Below are positions 1 to 14,695 of a stretch of DNA of 64,000 nt, one piece after another. Positions within the stretch are counted from its first letter, which is position 1. Each line of letters opens with the position of its first letter. A program made the position numbers and the translations under genes. A model generated the notes under the pieces. The model worked only from the letters and a program-made list of their open reading frames with translations, made no database searches and had not been told where the DNA came from. The DNA is from Eledone cirrhosa (taxonomy: Eukaryota): positions 18,786,001 to 18,850,000 of the forward strand of contig OZ024750.1 in the NCBI GenBank assembly GCA_964016885.1. Direction: 5' to 3'.

Positions 1-899
1 AAGTGACTTGACCTGAGACTGTGTTGAAACTACAGCAATTGTATCATGGAAGAAGGGTTATTTTAGCTATTCAAAAACACACAAAAATTATTAACTTTAT
101 CATCATCATCATCATTTTTTAACGTCTATCTTCCACGCTAGCACGGGTTACTTTATATTTATCATTTATTTATTGGTCTCAAAATGTCTGGCCTGATCAG
201 GTCACGAAAGTTTTGATGCCAAGAAATATATAATAAATGTAAAATGAAATGAACAGTTGTTTTTGTTTTTGAATGTCTAAAATTACTCTTCCATAATGTA
301 TTTGCAATAGTATTATTTTGACTAAATTAATTTTAAGCCCCACAGAAAGTATAATATGTAAAGTGGTCATGCTTTTGTAGATCTAGTAACCAAGATGACT
401 TTTTTAACCCTTTCATTACCATATTTCTAATAAAAACAGTCTATGATTTTCAAAACATTTTGAAAATAATCAAGAATTTGAAAGACTTAGTGATATAACT
501 TTCTCATTATTATTAAGCTAGTGTTTGGAGCATAACAAAGGTTCGTACATAAAATTATGACGGAAGATTTTAAGATAAATATAAACACTAACTTTTTTGT
601 TACCATATTTCTAATGAAAGATGCTGCCTATGATTTTTAAATAATGTTAAAAATAATCAAGAATTTTTTTGGGGGGAGGGGGATGTCCATATTTCAATTA
701 AATATGAAACATTTTATGGGAATTGACAACAATTATTTATTATTTTATTACTAAAATAGTAATTTCACATATGATTATTATATAAAATCATATTGGGAGA
801 TAGTAATTTAAATAAGAACATTTTAAAATGGTTATTTTGATTCATGGAACCAGACCTGGTTTGGGTAGGTTGGTATCAAAAGGGCTCAGTGGTTCTCAC

Positions 900-1064
900 C
901 AACACTACACCTGATATCCCTCCTCCATACACAAGCATACATGTATATCATGACTCATACACTTTCCTGACATTTGTACATTATTCTATGTACAATATAT
1001 GCATCTTCGACGAGTTGTAGTGCACCTGAGCACTGTGCACAATAATTTCATTATTATTATTATT
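900..1064 (+). mobile_element. CR1-like LINE 3' UTR ending in (ATT)n
   Basis: gtagtgcacctgagcactgtgcacaataatttcattattatt. A reverse copy at ~48150-48535 is interrupted by a SINE. Confidence 0.55.
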
Positions 1065-1255
1065 TAAAATTATGATACAAGGCTTTTCAATAAAAATAAA
1101 CACTTTAAAATATACAGTTCTGTATTGTAGAACCAGTGATAGTTTGGTATTTAAAAGGGCTATATTCAAAAATAGGTTTTTGAGCTTTTTTTTTTTTTTT
1201 TTTGTGTGATATAGAAAATTTTAGCTTGAAATACTTCCTGCGGGCAGTAACTTAC

Positions 1256-1633
1256 CATTAATTTGAATATTATCACAGTCATTGAGGTGTTCATGGTGTT
1301 CTATAGATGACCTGCGCTCAGTAACACCATTCGGTGTACTAACAGTCGTCACCTTCTCGACATGTTCCGCCTGAAATTCAAAGTTCCCTCGATTGGGAAG
1401 ATCACTGGTATAAACAGGATTAATATCCAAGTGCATATTGACACGTGCTACTGATCTCTCGATTAGTGGATGCCACTCCTCGCCAGGCTCTTCTTCTCGT
1501 GTTATAATTTCATTAAGAACATTCGTTGTCGTGCTATCCTTGCTTTCTGTACTTTCCTCCTTGATCATTTGGACAGACTTATCATTGCATTCGGACGCTG
1601 CCCGGCGAACAGGACTCTTCCTTTCAGTAACGT
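1256..1633 (-). CDS. Next coding exon of the same gene (378 nt, phase 1-1); the gene continues past the left edge
   Basis: Acceptor ...attgaacag|AC GTT ACT; G+AC gives Asp and joins in frame with ORF 1221..1568 (D-VTERKSPVRRAASECNDKSVQMIKEE...). Donor AATG|GTAAGT at 1256/1255. Confidence 0.85.
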
Positions 1634-1979
1634 CTGTTCAATTAATAAAAATATGGGGACGATCAGAGTTGTCAGATCAATTTTATAAAGAAAAAAAAGA
1701 AAAAAGAAAAGGCAAAAGAAAGGAGCTGATTGTCAGATCAGACCTATTAATCTGATATTCAATAGGATTCTTACCATAATAATTATTTCTACTTTTGGCA
1801 CAAGGCCAGCAATTATCTCAATGTATTACTGGTACTTTATTTTATCGACCCTGTAAGGAGGAAAGGCAAAGTTAACCTCAGCGGGATTTGAACTCAGATC
1901 GTAAAGGGCAGTAACTCTATGCTGCAAAGCATGGCGTCCGCCTAATCCTCTCTCTCTCAATTTCAATCTGGAAACCCTG

Positions 1980-2011
<32 letters not shown>

Positions 2012-2762
2012 TGTAGTAATAGTGATTGTAGTAGCAGTGATTGTTGTAGTATTTGTAGTAGAAGTACTAGTGGTGGTTGTAGTACTAACAGTTGAGTTTT
2101 CTACAATTAATTGTTTCTACTTTTGGCACAAGGCCAGCAATTATCCCAGTGTACTGGTACTTTATTTTATCGACCCCGTAAGGATGAAAGGCAAAGTTAA
2201 CCTCGGCGGGATTTGAACTCAGACCATAAATGGCCATAACTCTATGCTGCAAAGCATGGCGTCTGACCCTCTACCACAATTAATATTGGGTGTTTAATGC
2301 AAGAAATATAGCTGTGAATAACGACAGAACTTTAAATATATATATATACATACAATGTATGTTGAAATGAAATTAACAGCTCACACCGATGCAGGCTTAA
2401 CTGGCCTCTTACAAGGTTGTATCTCAAAGGAGGTTTCATGGGTGTTTTAATGATAAGGGCCCCAGTCCTATCATGTTATTACAACACACTTATGCGGGGT
2501 TTACTTTTGATACAACAGGTACTTTAGGAACTGGATTGGCAGTATCGGTAGAAGGTCGGACGCCATGCTTTCCAGCAAAGAGTTATGCCCCTTTATGGTC
2601 TGAGTTCAAATCCCGCCGAAGTTAACTTTGCCTTTCATCGTTACGGGGTCGAAAAAATAAAGTACCAGTAATACACTGGGATAATTGCTGGCCTTGTACC
2701 AAAAGTAGAAACAATTATATCTTTTAGAGGGTATATACATATGCATACATATTATATATATG

Positions 2763-3016
2763 ATAGAAAAAAATGAGGAAGTTTCGTTTACATACAAAAA
2801 TATTTATTGTGTATTGATCTGTTACACGCGTTTCACAGAGGATTGGTGATCCATAGGAGTCATAAACCCGACTCCAGTATCCAGGTCAATATACAATGAA
2901 TATTTTTCATATATGAGTGAAACTTCCTCATTTTTTTCTATTATATACATTCTGCTGTGCATAGAGTGCTGGATTTGGTACCATCACCAGTATTTCACCG
3001 TAGTACCCACACGGTG
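2763..3016 (+). mobile_element. PLE-like hairpin-plus-tail element in (TA)n
   Basis: Diverged arms 2763-2821 and 2882-2941; HHR 3' half GAAACGCGTGTA plus AATAAA on the minus strand; tail 2942-3016. Confidence 0.6.
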
Positions 3017-3197
3017 TATATATATATATAAAATTAGGATTTAGCTTCAGGCATAGCTGTATACAGATATGTATAGAAATTTCGTATTTCTGAAGAAACA
3101 CTGTATGTTTACAGGTAAACATTTAGAAATCCGTAGCTATGCAATAAATACTGGGGTTAACGCCCTCTGGTGGTGTCCAGCAGAAGCAAGGGGGACA

Positions 3198-3241
3198 ATC
3201 GTTGATGCATTTCGGATTTAACTGGTCCTCATCAGGCCGAT
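3198..3241 (-). ncRNA. Minimal hammerhead ribozyme (stem I partly decayed)
   Basis: atcggc CTGATGA gga-ccagttaaa-tcc GAAA tgca TC^ aacgat. Confidence 0.6.
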
Positions 3242-4464
3242 ATATGTGTGTGTGCGTGCGTATGTATGTAAAAGATAAACAGAAATAACAAACAAACAGC
3301 ACAGTATATATGGAAGGAATATATTAGTTTAACACTTATATATATATAATTGTTTCTACTTTAGGCACAAGGCCAGCAAATTACCCAGTGCATTACTGGT
3401 ACTTTATTTTATCGACCCCGTAAGGATGAAAGGCAAAGTCAACCTCGGCGGGATTATATATATATAATATATAGTAAATGTGGATTATATGATTAAAAAA
3501 AAAACAACAGTTACAAAAGAAACCCAAACAAAAATACAGTAAAAAAGGTTATTACAGGTGAACAAAAACAAGATGGCCATATTTACCAAAATATAAGCAA
3601 TCCTTATTTAGGCACTGTTTATTATTGGTGATGATGATGATGACGATGATATTTTTTAACATTAGATATCGAAAGATACTTAATTTATTTTTTTTTAAAT
3701 ACAATTTTTAAATTTTGTCAAATTAGAAAAATAAGAAACGAACCCATCGTCAGAGAGCAAATTAAGGAAACAATGTTTTTATTATTCATTCCATTACTGA
3801 TTGTATTTAAGTCATAACTACTGGCAGAAGGAGGTGGAATTTGAACTCAGAATGCACAGAACCAGAAAAGCTACAGCAAAACATTTCATTGGACTATTTA
3901 GCAGTTCTGCTAATCCATTGTTTCATGACTGGTACTTTATTTATCAAACCTAATAGTGGGATTTAAACTCAGAAAGCTGGAACAAATACCAAGGCATTTA
4001 TCTGTCACTCTACTGATTCAACCAATTTGCTGTATTATCAAGATTATTAAAACTTAATTATGTTAGTATTTAAGTCATTATCATCAGCATCATGTTTAGT
4101 ACTGATATATTATAAGTATGGTCTTTAACAATGTCAAGGGAAAATTATCATCAAGACAAAACATTTGTATAAAACATTTAAACATTACCATATATATTAA
4201 TGTATAATTCACACTACCTTTTTTAGATGTAGTACTTAAAATGTGCCTATTTTGAATTAAGATTTTAAGGTCCAGTAGATAAAGAGCAAGTCTCACCATT
4301 GTTACATACAACATTCTCAGTGTACTATATATTTTGAATTGAAATTGTCTAGCTCCAGTAGATAAAGAGTAAGTCTTGTTCTGGTTTTTCCCCCATCGTC
4401 AAGCTGGTTTTTCCCCATTATATTTCCATGAAAAATGGTGTGACTTATACATGAATATATACAG

Positions 4465-5450
4465 TCATCATCATCATCATCATCGTTTAACGTCCATCTT
4501 CCACGCTTGCATGGGTTTGGACGGGAGTTTTCCCACTTGAGGCAAGAGTGGTTGTCTTGCTTGCATAGGACTGTCTGGAGGGTTTTCTACGGCTGGATGC
4601 CCTTCCTAACACCAACCACGTTTACAGTGTGGACTGGGAGGTTTTTACCGTGTTACCTACACAGCCACATTACAGCGTGGACTGTGTGTTTTTTTGTCGT
4701 GACACCTACACGACCTCATTTGTTTCGGGCTGGATGTTGTGGTACCAACATAACTTTACATTGAAAGGGGTGGTGTGGATGGGGTGGGGGTAGTGGGACG
4801 GGGGTGTATTTTGTTAGAGGTGCCTACTGACTGTAGTAGGTTTCACTTTGTACTTAGGTAAAGCGGGTCTTCTTTATTACTGTGTAGCGCCAAAGCTCTC
4901 GGTCCAGTGACATTTTCTTGGAGAGGTGTGAGGTCGGAATTTATCAAGTCGTCCCAGGTTTTTCTGGGTCTGCCTACTCCATGGCTACTGTCTATTTTTA
5001 TTGCCCTGCACTTTTTTATACAGCTGTGGTCTTTCATGCGCATCACGTGACCATACCAACGTAGCCTTCTCTCGAGTAAACAACATCTGATCCCTCTTAT
5101 TTCTAATTTTTCCCTTAGTTCGTTTATGCTTTGCTGTTCACGTATATTACTATTACACATCCAGCGGAGCATGCAAGCTTCGTTCCTCTCCAGTCTGCGT
5201 ATATCCTCTGCACACAATGCCCAGGTCTCACTGCCATGCAACATTGCTGTTTGTATGCAGGCATCATACAGCCTGACTTTCATTTTTAGGGAGAACTCTT
5301 TAGCGGCTAATAGTGGTATAAGCTCTCTGAACTTTTTCCATCCAGTTCTGACTCTAGCTACTGTACTTTCGGAGCACCCCCCCCCCCCCCCCCCACACTG
5401 CTGATTTTGTCACCCAGGTAACGGAAGCTGTCCACTATTTCTATAGAAAT
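4465..5450 (-). mobile_element. RTE-clade LINE 3' fragment including 3' UTR and (GAT)n tail
   Basis: F.YLGD...GGCSE..ARVRTGWKKFREL, RRLRWYGHVMRM, GRPRKTW; frameshift in a poly-C run. Confidence 0.9.
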
Positions 5451-6953
5451 AAACCCAATTCTTAGATATGGGTAGGTCCATTCAACAATGTGTGAGATAT
5501 TAGTTAATATCAACACCATGGCAGTGTGAAAGCTTTTTCACTGCTGAGCTAAGAGTTAGTTCTGCAAGCCTCATGACAGTCTACATTCTGAAGCAATGAT
5601 TTACAGTTGGATACCTTTCCTGTCACCAACCCTTTTAGTTACTCCCAAACAATATGCAGCAATACAGTGTACCTATTCTAAACTGGATAAACAACACTAC
5701 GTTTTAAGCCAATTTCCCTTGCTAACCTTGTGGGCCCTGTGATTGGATTCATACAGGATGCCCATCCTGGCACCAACTCTTGAAGTTAATTCTTACAATA
5801 TGCAGGGATGTGATGTACCTAATCTAAAAACCAAGATACACACTAATAGGAATAAATCAGTTTATTAAAAAAAAATTATTAATAAGAATATAAATATGGA
5901 ACCGACTGGTTTTGTGCCATGTCCAGTCAGGGCTACTTAACACACTTAACTCTCCTCATCACCCATATTGTGTCTACCCTTCATCTCCATAACATCATCT
6001 TTCTGGAAACTCTACCATGTCCATGTTTTATCTTTAGTTGTTCAAGATGAACATCAATTACATAGAAACTTGAGTTTTCTCTAAAATGAACCATAATTTA
6101 AAACAGACTATTTTATGAAAATTACAGAACATAAATCACATTTACAGCAAGGCTTAAACCAGAATTTAATTGTTTTTAGTATTTCATTTTTCTTCTTTCT
6201 TATATCTATTTCAACTCTTAGCATCCTGTGTCATATGAAACAACATTAACAAGAAATTCTTGAAAAGTACAGAACAGCATGACTGTATCACATTAAAAAT
6301 TGAAGTCTTTAGTTTATTGCAAATTTTCACAGCCATCTTTCCACTCATAAAAATATTATAAATATTTGAATTAGCAATCCCTTTGTGAAATATTTAAAAC
6401 TAAATCATTGTAGGATGTTTCAGAGTTAAAATAAATTATCCTTTTTTTATGGTATTTAGCCCTTTAGCATTTAAACCGGCTGTATCCAGCCAGAATTCTC
6501 TCACCTCTTTCTGTTCAAACTGGCTGTAACTGGTCACTCATACTGATGTTAAAGGGTTGTTTTCAAAATAAATAATATCAAAATCTCATACTGTGTGAGA
6601 TATTATGTGAGATAAAGCCTTTACTATGAAAATACAAGGGTATATATAGAGTAATGTAAATACACTGTGACTTTTCTTCTGGATTCAATAAAACTAATAC
6701 TTAATATAAAATTACATTAACTATTTTGAAGGTGTACTTGTTTGGCAAGTAACTTCATTTAAGACAATGCATGAAAGAGTTATTTTAGCCATTGAAAAAA
6801 CACAAACAACTATAACAGTGCAATTGTGTTAGTGATCAGGTTGCAAAGAGTGCAACGAAAATTTGACAACACAAAATAAATATAAAGATTATATTGAAGC
6901 AAAATATAAAATATATTCATGTAATAAAAAATGAGATCATAAATAAAACTAAC

Positions 6954-7815
6954 CTTTCCTCCCAAGAGAGAGAGTCTTCTTCCCATTTCGATGAAGTGAT
7001 TTTATTTTATTAAAAGATGATGGGAATCCTTTTGAGCTTGAAGTGTCTGAACTTTCCTTGATACTCAAGTGAGATTCAATAAGGCGTGACTCACCATTCT
7101 TCTCTTTTATTTTTTTTGATTCCCAGATATCCCCTTCACGAAGGGTAATCTCGGTCCTTTGGGAAGGAATATCTGATATTGTAGAAGATTGACGAATATG
7201 TGTCTTAGTGTAAGTTGTCACCTCTTTCAAAACTTTGTCTTTTGTCTTGATTTTCTTCTTCTTTTTCTTACTCTTCTTATTTACAAAAACATTGTCATTG
7301 CTCGTTTCCCGTTCAGCTTGTATCTTCTTAAACTTTCTTGATATATTAAACGACATTCTCAACCGCTCTTTTGCCCGTTTAAACAAGCTCTTTTTATGAC
7401 GAACTCTTGAGTCACCACTGTCAATGCTGGTCGTTGAATTACTTGACGAATGCCGATGTTTTATAGTAGTACATAAAAATCCAGGAGCCGATGCTGGTGA
7501 CTCGACACCTGAGCTACATTCCTCATCACTTGCAAGCGGAGCAGTTTTTTCTATTTGATATTCGGTTTGTGTTATAGAATGGAAACTGTCATTGCTTAAA
7601 AGTGATTCGTGAGATGCTTTTCTGTAACTGGATCGACGTTTGGCATTTGGTTTTTCCTCAAAAACCTCTAATTCTGAAACCTTCTGATAAACAGAGTTCA
7701 TAGGAGTTACAGAATGCAGACTTTCCTGCCGCTTTCGTAAGAATTCTTCCAGAATAGCAGTAGCTTCTTGTTTAACCATGGGAATGGTTGACTGCCTCCG
7801 CTTTTTTCCAACCAT
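6954..7815 (-). CDS. First coding exon of an uncharacterised Ser/Lys-rich protein (MVGKKRRQSTIPMVKQEATAILEEFLRKRQ...)
   Basis: 288-codon non-repetitive ORF. Polypyrimidine acceptor ...ttttaatag|CTCCAAG ATG (exon starts 7822). Donor AAAG|GTTAGT at 6954/6953, phase 1. Confidence 0.85.
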
Positions 7816-9514
7816 CTTGGAGCTATTAAAAGAGAAAAAAGAAATGACTGTGAAAGCACCATAAAAATGTTGAGTATAGAAAAAATTAATTCTTCATTAA
7901 CATAAAAAATACACAAAACAACCATGTATCTCCTCTTCTCATCTACCGACTCTCTAACTCCATATCCTGCAGCTCCCAACAGATTTCTTCCCAGAGGTAG
8001 AAAGAGCTCTTTAGTCTTGTTGAGGACATGACAACCTCTCTAGTGCTGGTGCTATAATGAAATGCACACAGTACACTCTGTAAAATAATAGGACTGGTGC
8101 CATAACAAAATACACCCAATACATTCTGTAAAGTAGGAGTACTGATGCCACAATAAAATGCAGGCAGTACACTCTGTTGAGTGGCTGGTATTAGAAAGGG
8201 TATCCAACATTAGAAATTATACCAAAACTTGAAAGCTAGAAGAAAGACATGCTTCTCTAAACAACCAGAAGGATAATAACGTTGAATAATAAATCTCGGA
8301 TCGTAACAGTTTGATACTAGACTGGTTAGAGAGATCTCATTTTGTTCATATTGGTATGGTTTCTATGGCTGGATGACCTTCCTAATGCCAACCTTACAAT
8401 GTACTGGGTGCATTTTATTGTTGTACCATCATTACCACTTTAAAGAGTGCACTGGTTGCATTTTATCATGGCACCAACACCAAGGAAGTTATTGTAAACT
8501 TTACCAGAGAAGAGAGGCGAGTCTTTTCAGACATTCATTGCCTCTGGTCAATCACCAAATACTGTAGCCTCCGGTCTCTCACCAGATTTACTTTTAGTGT
8601 TACTGTGTTTGTACTGGTGGATAAGCCTTTTGCGTGTATATAACACTATGCTGGTATAGTTTGGAAGGATATATATATATACTAGCATCATCATCATTAT
8701 TTAACATATACATGCACATGGAGGCACATGGCTTAGTGGTTAGAGCATTGGCCTTGCAATCGAAAGGTTGTGAGTTCAATTCTCACATTGCTCCAGTTTA
8801 CTCAGCTGTAGAAATGAGATGATAGGGACTGCAGTCCCTATCATTCCACTGCAAAGTGGTCATGGGGGTGCCACGGCAAAAAAAGCACCCAGCACTCACT
8901 GTAAATGAGGTTGGTGTTAGGAAGGGCATCCAGCTGTAGAAATCAAGCCAGATCAGTTCCTGTCCCACTCTTGCAAGCAGGGAAAAAGCGGACGTAAAAT
9001 GAAATGATGATGTACATGTATATATGTGTGTGTGTATGTATGTATGTATGTATGTATGTATATATATATACATATATGCACTGAGTAGTAACATGTCAAG
9101 TGTTTTAACCCATTTAATACCAGTATAGTCATGACTAATAAGAGAACACCTTCAGTGTGTTATTATATTTATATAAATCACATTCCAGTCAATATAATTA
9201 ACATACAACCTACAACTCCTGTTGAAATATTTAAATGTATTTCAATTTAGTTCTCATGAACTGATCTCAAGTGGCTCTACTGACATCACCACCACCATCA
9301 AACCACTACTATCACTGTCATCACAGTTTTCAAACCTTCAACACCAGATAAACTAACACAATTCAGCTAATATATAATGATTGACACTAGGCCTGCTAGA
9401 AATAGCAACTGATAATAAATATACTTAAAAAACACACACAATTGTCATATGTATTCTATTAGTTTTCTTTTATTATCATAGTTTCAGTCTTTAGACTTCG
9501 GTCATGATGGGATA

Positions 9515-9710
9515 CATAGCTGATAATAAGTCCAGATGTGAAATGTAGGCTCCCAAAGCTGGTAATAGGCCCGAGTAAGATGTAAAATGTAAGCTCCCAA
9601 AATTGGTAATAAGCCCAGATTAGATGCAAATTTACACCGCCACAACTGATAATAGGCTCTGGCTATATGTAAAATGTATCTCAGGATACTTGTGAAATGT
9701 AAGACCCATT
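9515..9710. repeat. ~44-bp degenerate tandem repeat (ctggtaataggccc...atgtaaaatgta)
   Basis: 4-5 units. Confidence 0.65.
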
Positions 9711-10602
9711 TCAAACTTCTCATTAACTATTTTAGTAATCAGTGATAAATATATGAAGAGAATAGGCCTCTTCAAAATCTTAGATTCATACCAACTGGCT
9801 AAACTGAGCCTCACCTCTAGTTTGAGGATAAGAGGACCCTGCAGTCCATCTTGCTGTAGGCTTATTTATTACATCTGCTTCCTGAAGACCATAATAAAGG
9901 GTTTCAGTATATAGCCTAGTGGTTAGGGTGTTTGGCTCAGAATCATTAGATCATTGCTGAGATTCTAGGACTGGGCAGTCATCTATGTTTTTGAGCAAGA
10001 CATTTCATTTCATGTTGCCCAGTTCATTTAGCCCCAAAAATGTGATGCAACCTTCTCAAAGGCCAGTAAAACCTACATACGTGAAAGCTGTAACAGCAGC
10101 ATGATAGGTGAGGTCCCTATCATTAAATCACCCGAGAAACCTCCTTTCAGGTGCAACAATGTAGGAGTCCAGCTAAACTTACATAAATGTGAGACTCAAC
10201 CATAATGACAATATGATAGGATGATAAGAAACCTATCAGATACAAACTCATAGAAAGCCAACTAAACCTCCATAATTATGTGCTGTAACAATTTCACAAG
10301 AACTAAGTAATACAAATGTCAAAATATGCTTGTTTGTTATTTGAAACTATTTCTAATTGGGATGTATAGAAAATCATTTCAGATCACAACACAGCTATTC
10401 ATCGTTTCACTCACCATACAGTCTAATCCATCAGTTACACACACATATATATACACACACACATATATGTATATACACACAGACACATATATATATATAT
10501 ATACACACATACACATATATATATACACACACACACACACATATGTATTTCCAGCTTCTTTGTTTCTTCAAAACATCATGTATGTATAGTCTTCTAACAC
10601 AA

Positions 10603-10647
<45 letters not shown>

Positions 10648-10687
10648 TCACCCACTCTCTTTCTCTACCTTCTCTAGCTACCCCCCC

Positions 10688-10752
<65 letters not shown>

Positions 10753-10763
<11 letters not shown>

Positions 10764-10890
10764 CAGATTAAACTTTAATCTGTACATATAATAAACATTT
10801 GCTCCACAGGTTTTTTTTTATATATATTTTCTCTATATATACATCACCCTTATCGAACTGTCTTCGGATTTTGGTCTTCACATTTATTAT

Positions 10891-10895
<5 letters not shown>
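10753..10895 (+). mobile_element. Minimal hairpin-plus-tail element (family of 25036/35511/55583)
   Basis: 20-bp arms around aaactttaatctg; tail similar to the family tail; (TA)n on both sides. Confidence 0.65.
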
Positions 10896-10937
<42 letters not shown>

Positions 10938-11131
10938 GCAAAATGGCACAAAGACAGTGAGACATGGAGACAATAAACGAATGGAAAACAAAAAAAAAAT
11001 AAAATAAAATAAAACAACACGGAACTCCTGCTCTTCAGCTGTTCCACATTGTATCAGCTTCACATACTTCCGGAGAGGATGTTTTTATCACAATGAAATG
11101 TACAGTGCAACAATTTAACACACACACACAT

Positions 11132-11170
<39 letters not shown>

Positions 11171-12655
11171 TATATATATGTGCTGTGCTGAAAAGAGCCC
11201 GTCCAACCCATGCAAGCATTAAAAAAACAGACGTAGAACGGTGATATGTGTGTGTGTGTGTGTGTATGTGTATGTACCTAACTAGCTATATAGATAGATA
11301 AGATAGATAAGATATAGACAGATAGATAGATAATATAGATAGGTAGGAGTGAAATTGCAAACTATAACGTTTTTGCTTTCCCCTACAACCAAAAATGGGG
11401 AAGGGGGGGGGGCAACACTCACGAACCACAGGGGTTTCTAGCAGGAATCGAACTCGGATTGCTCCACTGGGTTCGTTCGAGGATATAGTGCATCACTATA
11501 GTGTCGTGTGTGACATACCACACAATAGTGCTGTATCACAAAGCAACTCGTCTACTTTTTTTTTACAGGTTACTGTCACTAGCCTGTGGCCATGATGTAG
11601 CATCGCCACGAACGGATCCACTCGATCGTATCGACCCAATAATTATTTTAAAAAACCTGGTTCTTTTTTTTTTCTCGCTCTCTATTAGTCGGACCGCTAC
11701 GTAGCATGTTACAAACAGTAAGCGCATACGAATATATACACATATATGTATGTATACACACATACATATATATATACACACATATACTAAGATGCATATA
11801 TATATGCACATATACACACAAATGAATATATATATATATATATACGACGGGTTTCTGCACAGTTTCCGTCTACTAAATTTTACTCATAAAATAATTGGTC
11901 AACCCCTGTCTATAGTAGAAGACACTTGCCTAATGTGATGTGTAGGCAATCTCAAAACAATAGCTTCGATGAAGCTGATTGAATCGAATCTAATCGAATT
12001 GAGTTGAATTGAAAAAGGCAGGGGAAAATCACGAGACAACAACAGTGGGTAATAAATAATAAAGAAAAAAAAAACAAATACCTTTAAATAAATAGAGATA
12101 TAAATAAAATAAAAGAAAATATTTACATATTTTAAAGCAAGAAAATAAGAGTGTCTTGTGATCATTTCAAGCTCCGTTGTAGTGTGACTCATGAATTAAT
12201 AATAATAAATCTTATCAAGTTTACGAAATTTCACGTTTAGAAAAGAAACGACAAGGTGAATAAATAAATAAGCAGACAGAAAAAAGAGGACAAAAAAAAA
12301 CAAACACCCACTAATCAATCGAACAAAGATCAACAGATGTATATATATATATATATGTAGGTATGAAAATTAGAAACTGTCCCTACCTCTCTGTATGTTA
12401 CGTGATCGATTTTCACATAATAAATATAGCAATTGTAACACGTGTCTTCTTGTACTAATGGGAGAGAGGAAGGCAAACAGTCCGACAGAGAGGGGAGAGA
12501 GACAAACAGAGCGGGAGACTCCTAGACAATGCAAACAAAATTCCTTTCTTTAATATCTATACTAATCAGAGCAGATCGGTAACGTATGACTTTATACATA
12601 CACCAGCCATATATATATATATAAAAACGGTGATATATATATATATATAAAAACG

Positions 12656-12695
<40 letters not shown>

Positions 12696-12718
12696 TGGTG
12701 TATGTATAAAGTCATACG

Positions 12719-12767
<49 letters not shown>

Positions 12768-13136
12768 CGTTTTTTCACGCTAGCATGGGTTAGAAGGGTT
12801 GTCCTGTTGTGGGCAGTGTCCGGTCGGCTAACCTTGTCTTGCTCATACGAGAACTGATTCTGGCTTGATTTCTACAACTGGATGCCCTTCCTAACACCAA
12901 CCTCATTTACAGTGAGTGCTTGGGTGCTTTTTTTTTCCGTGATGCCTACACGTCCACTTTACAGTGTGGGCTGGGTGCTTTTTTGCCGCGGCACCTCCAC
13001 GACCACTTTGCAGTGGAATGACAGGGACCCCATTTCTACAGCTGAGTAAACTGGAGCAATTTGAAATAACACATCACCCGGTCTGAGAATTGAACTCACA
13101 GCCTTTCGATTACAAGCCCAATGCTCTAACCACTAA

Positions 13137-13209
<73 letters not shown>

Positions 13210-13417
13210 GAGAGGTCTCGAGATTGTTTTAGCGAGAAGCTATATATATATATATATATCATCATCATCGTTTAACGTCCATCTTCCACGCTTGCATGGG
13301 ATGGGTTTGGACTTGAGTTTTCCCACTGGACGCAAGATTGGTTGTCTTGCTCGTATAGGACTGTCTGGCGGGTTTTCTACGGCTGACATATATATATAAT
13401 ATTTAGTATTACTCACC

Positions 13418-13456
<39 letters not shown>

Positions 13457-13636
13457 CATATATATATATATATGGTGAGTAATACTAAATATTATATATA
13501 CATATGTATATATATGTCAGCCGTAGAAAACCCGCCAGACAGTCCTATACGAGCAAGACAACCAATCTTGCGTCAAGTGGGAAAACTCCCATCCAAACCC
13601 ATGCAAGCGTGGAAGATGGACGTTAAACGATGATGA

Positions 13637-13678
<42 letters not shown>

Positions 13679-14487
13679 GAATTTCAGAGTAAACAAGGAC
13701 TCGACCTTAATAAAATTGTTTGTGGGCGCGTATACGTGAGCAATCAAGACAATGTGTAACTTGAGAATATATATATAAATATTCTGACTAATCTATGCAT
13801 TACCAAGTAGTTTCGTGGGCATAAATAGTCTAACACCTCCATACATAGAAAGAGAGGGGGGGGGGTACTCTGCAGTCAACCTTCAAAATAACTTATTTTT
13901 CTAGGTTTAATTATTTTAATAACATTTTTTTTAATCTCATGTCACCAATATATATATATATATTAACCGGACACACCATAATATACACTATACACAATAT
14001 AATCATACACCACATACACACACACACCACTTTGACAGTGCGTATGAAGTTATGTCATCAAGATCATTACACAATACACATGTTGACTGTGTGTGAAGGT
14101 ATGCTACCAAGACCACAGCCATACACACATACTTCATATAATAACACCTACACATCTTCCACACAATTCACACATTGACAGGTAGTCACCAAAATCACCT
14201 CCTCTACCACTACCATTACAATCACCTGGCGGCCCCAGATACTTTGTGACAACCAGAATAACAAATATTACTAATTAGCCATATATAGCCATCCATATCA
14301 ATAGTCTTTATCAATTGTAATGCTAATGTAGATAATTCTTCTTCCCAATAAAACACAGGCCCAGTTTCCCCCTTTTACGTTAGCGATGATAACAGATTAA
14401 CTAATCAAATTACGGACTTCACATTCACATATTTTTAAATACATACACACTCGCATAACAATCCGCGAATAAACCTCTCTCTCTCAT

Positions 14488-14522
<35 letters not shown>

Positions 14523-14532
14523 TTTCTATACT

Positions 14533-14596
<64 letters not shown>

Positions 14597-14628
14597 AGAT
14601 CAAAAGATGGTTAAAGGAGTTCCATGTA

Positions 14629-14695
14629 TTTTATTATGCGCATTTCAAAAACAAACATCATCATGCAATTATATTTGTGTTTTCATCAGATAAAA
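14629..14695 (-). ncRNA. Type I hammerhead ribozyme with palindromic mini stem III
   Basis: ttttat CTGATGA aaac...tttt GAAA tgcgca TA^ ataaaa. Confidence 0.75.

Noticed and set aside
1438-1755. Plus-strand ORFs of 105 and 72 aa
   Set aside because: Antisense shadows of the real minus-strand exon 1256-1633.
8720-8790. tRNA-like sequence (also the heads of SINE A)
   Set aside because: A/B boxes are present but continue into SINE body and tail without a closed acceptor stem.
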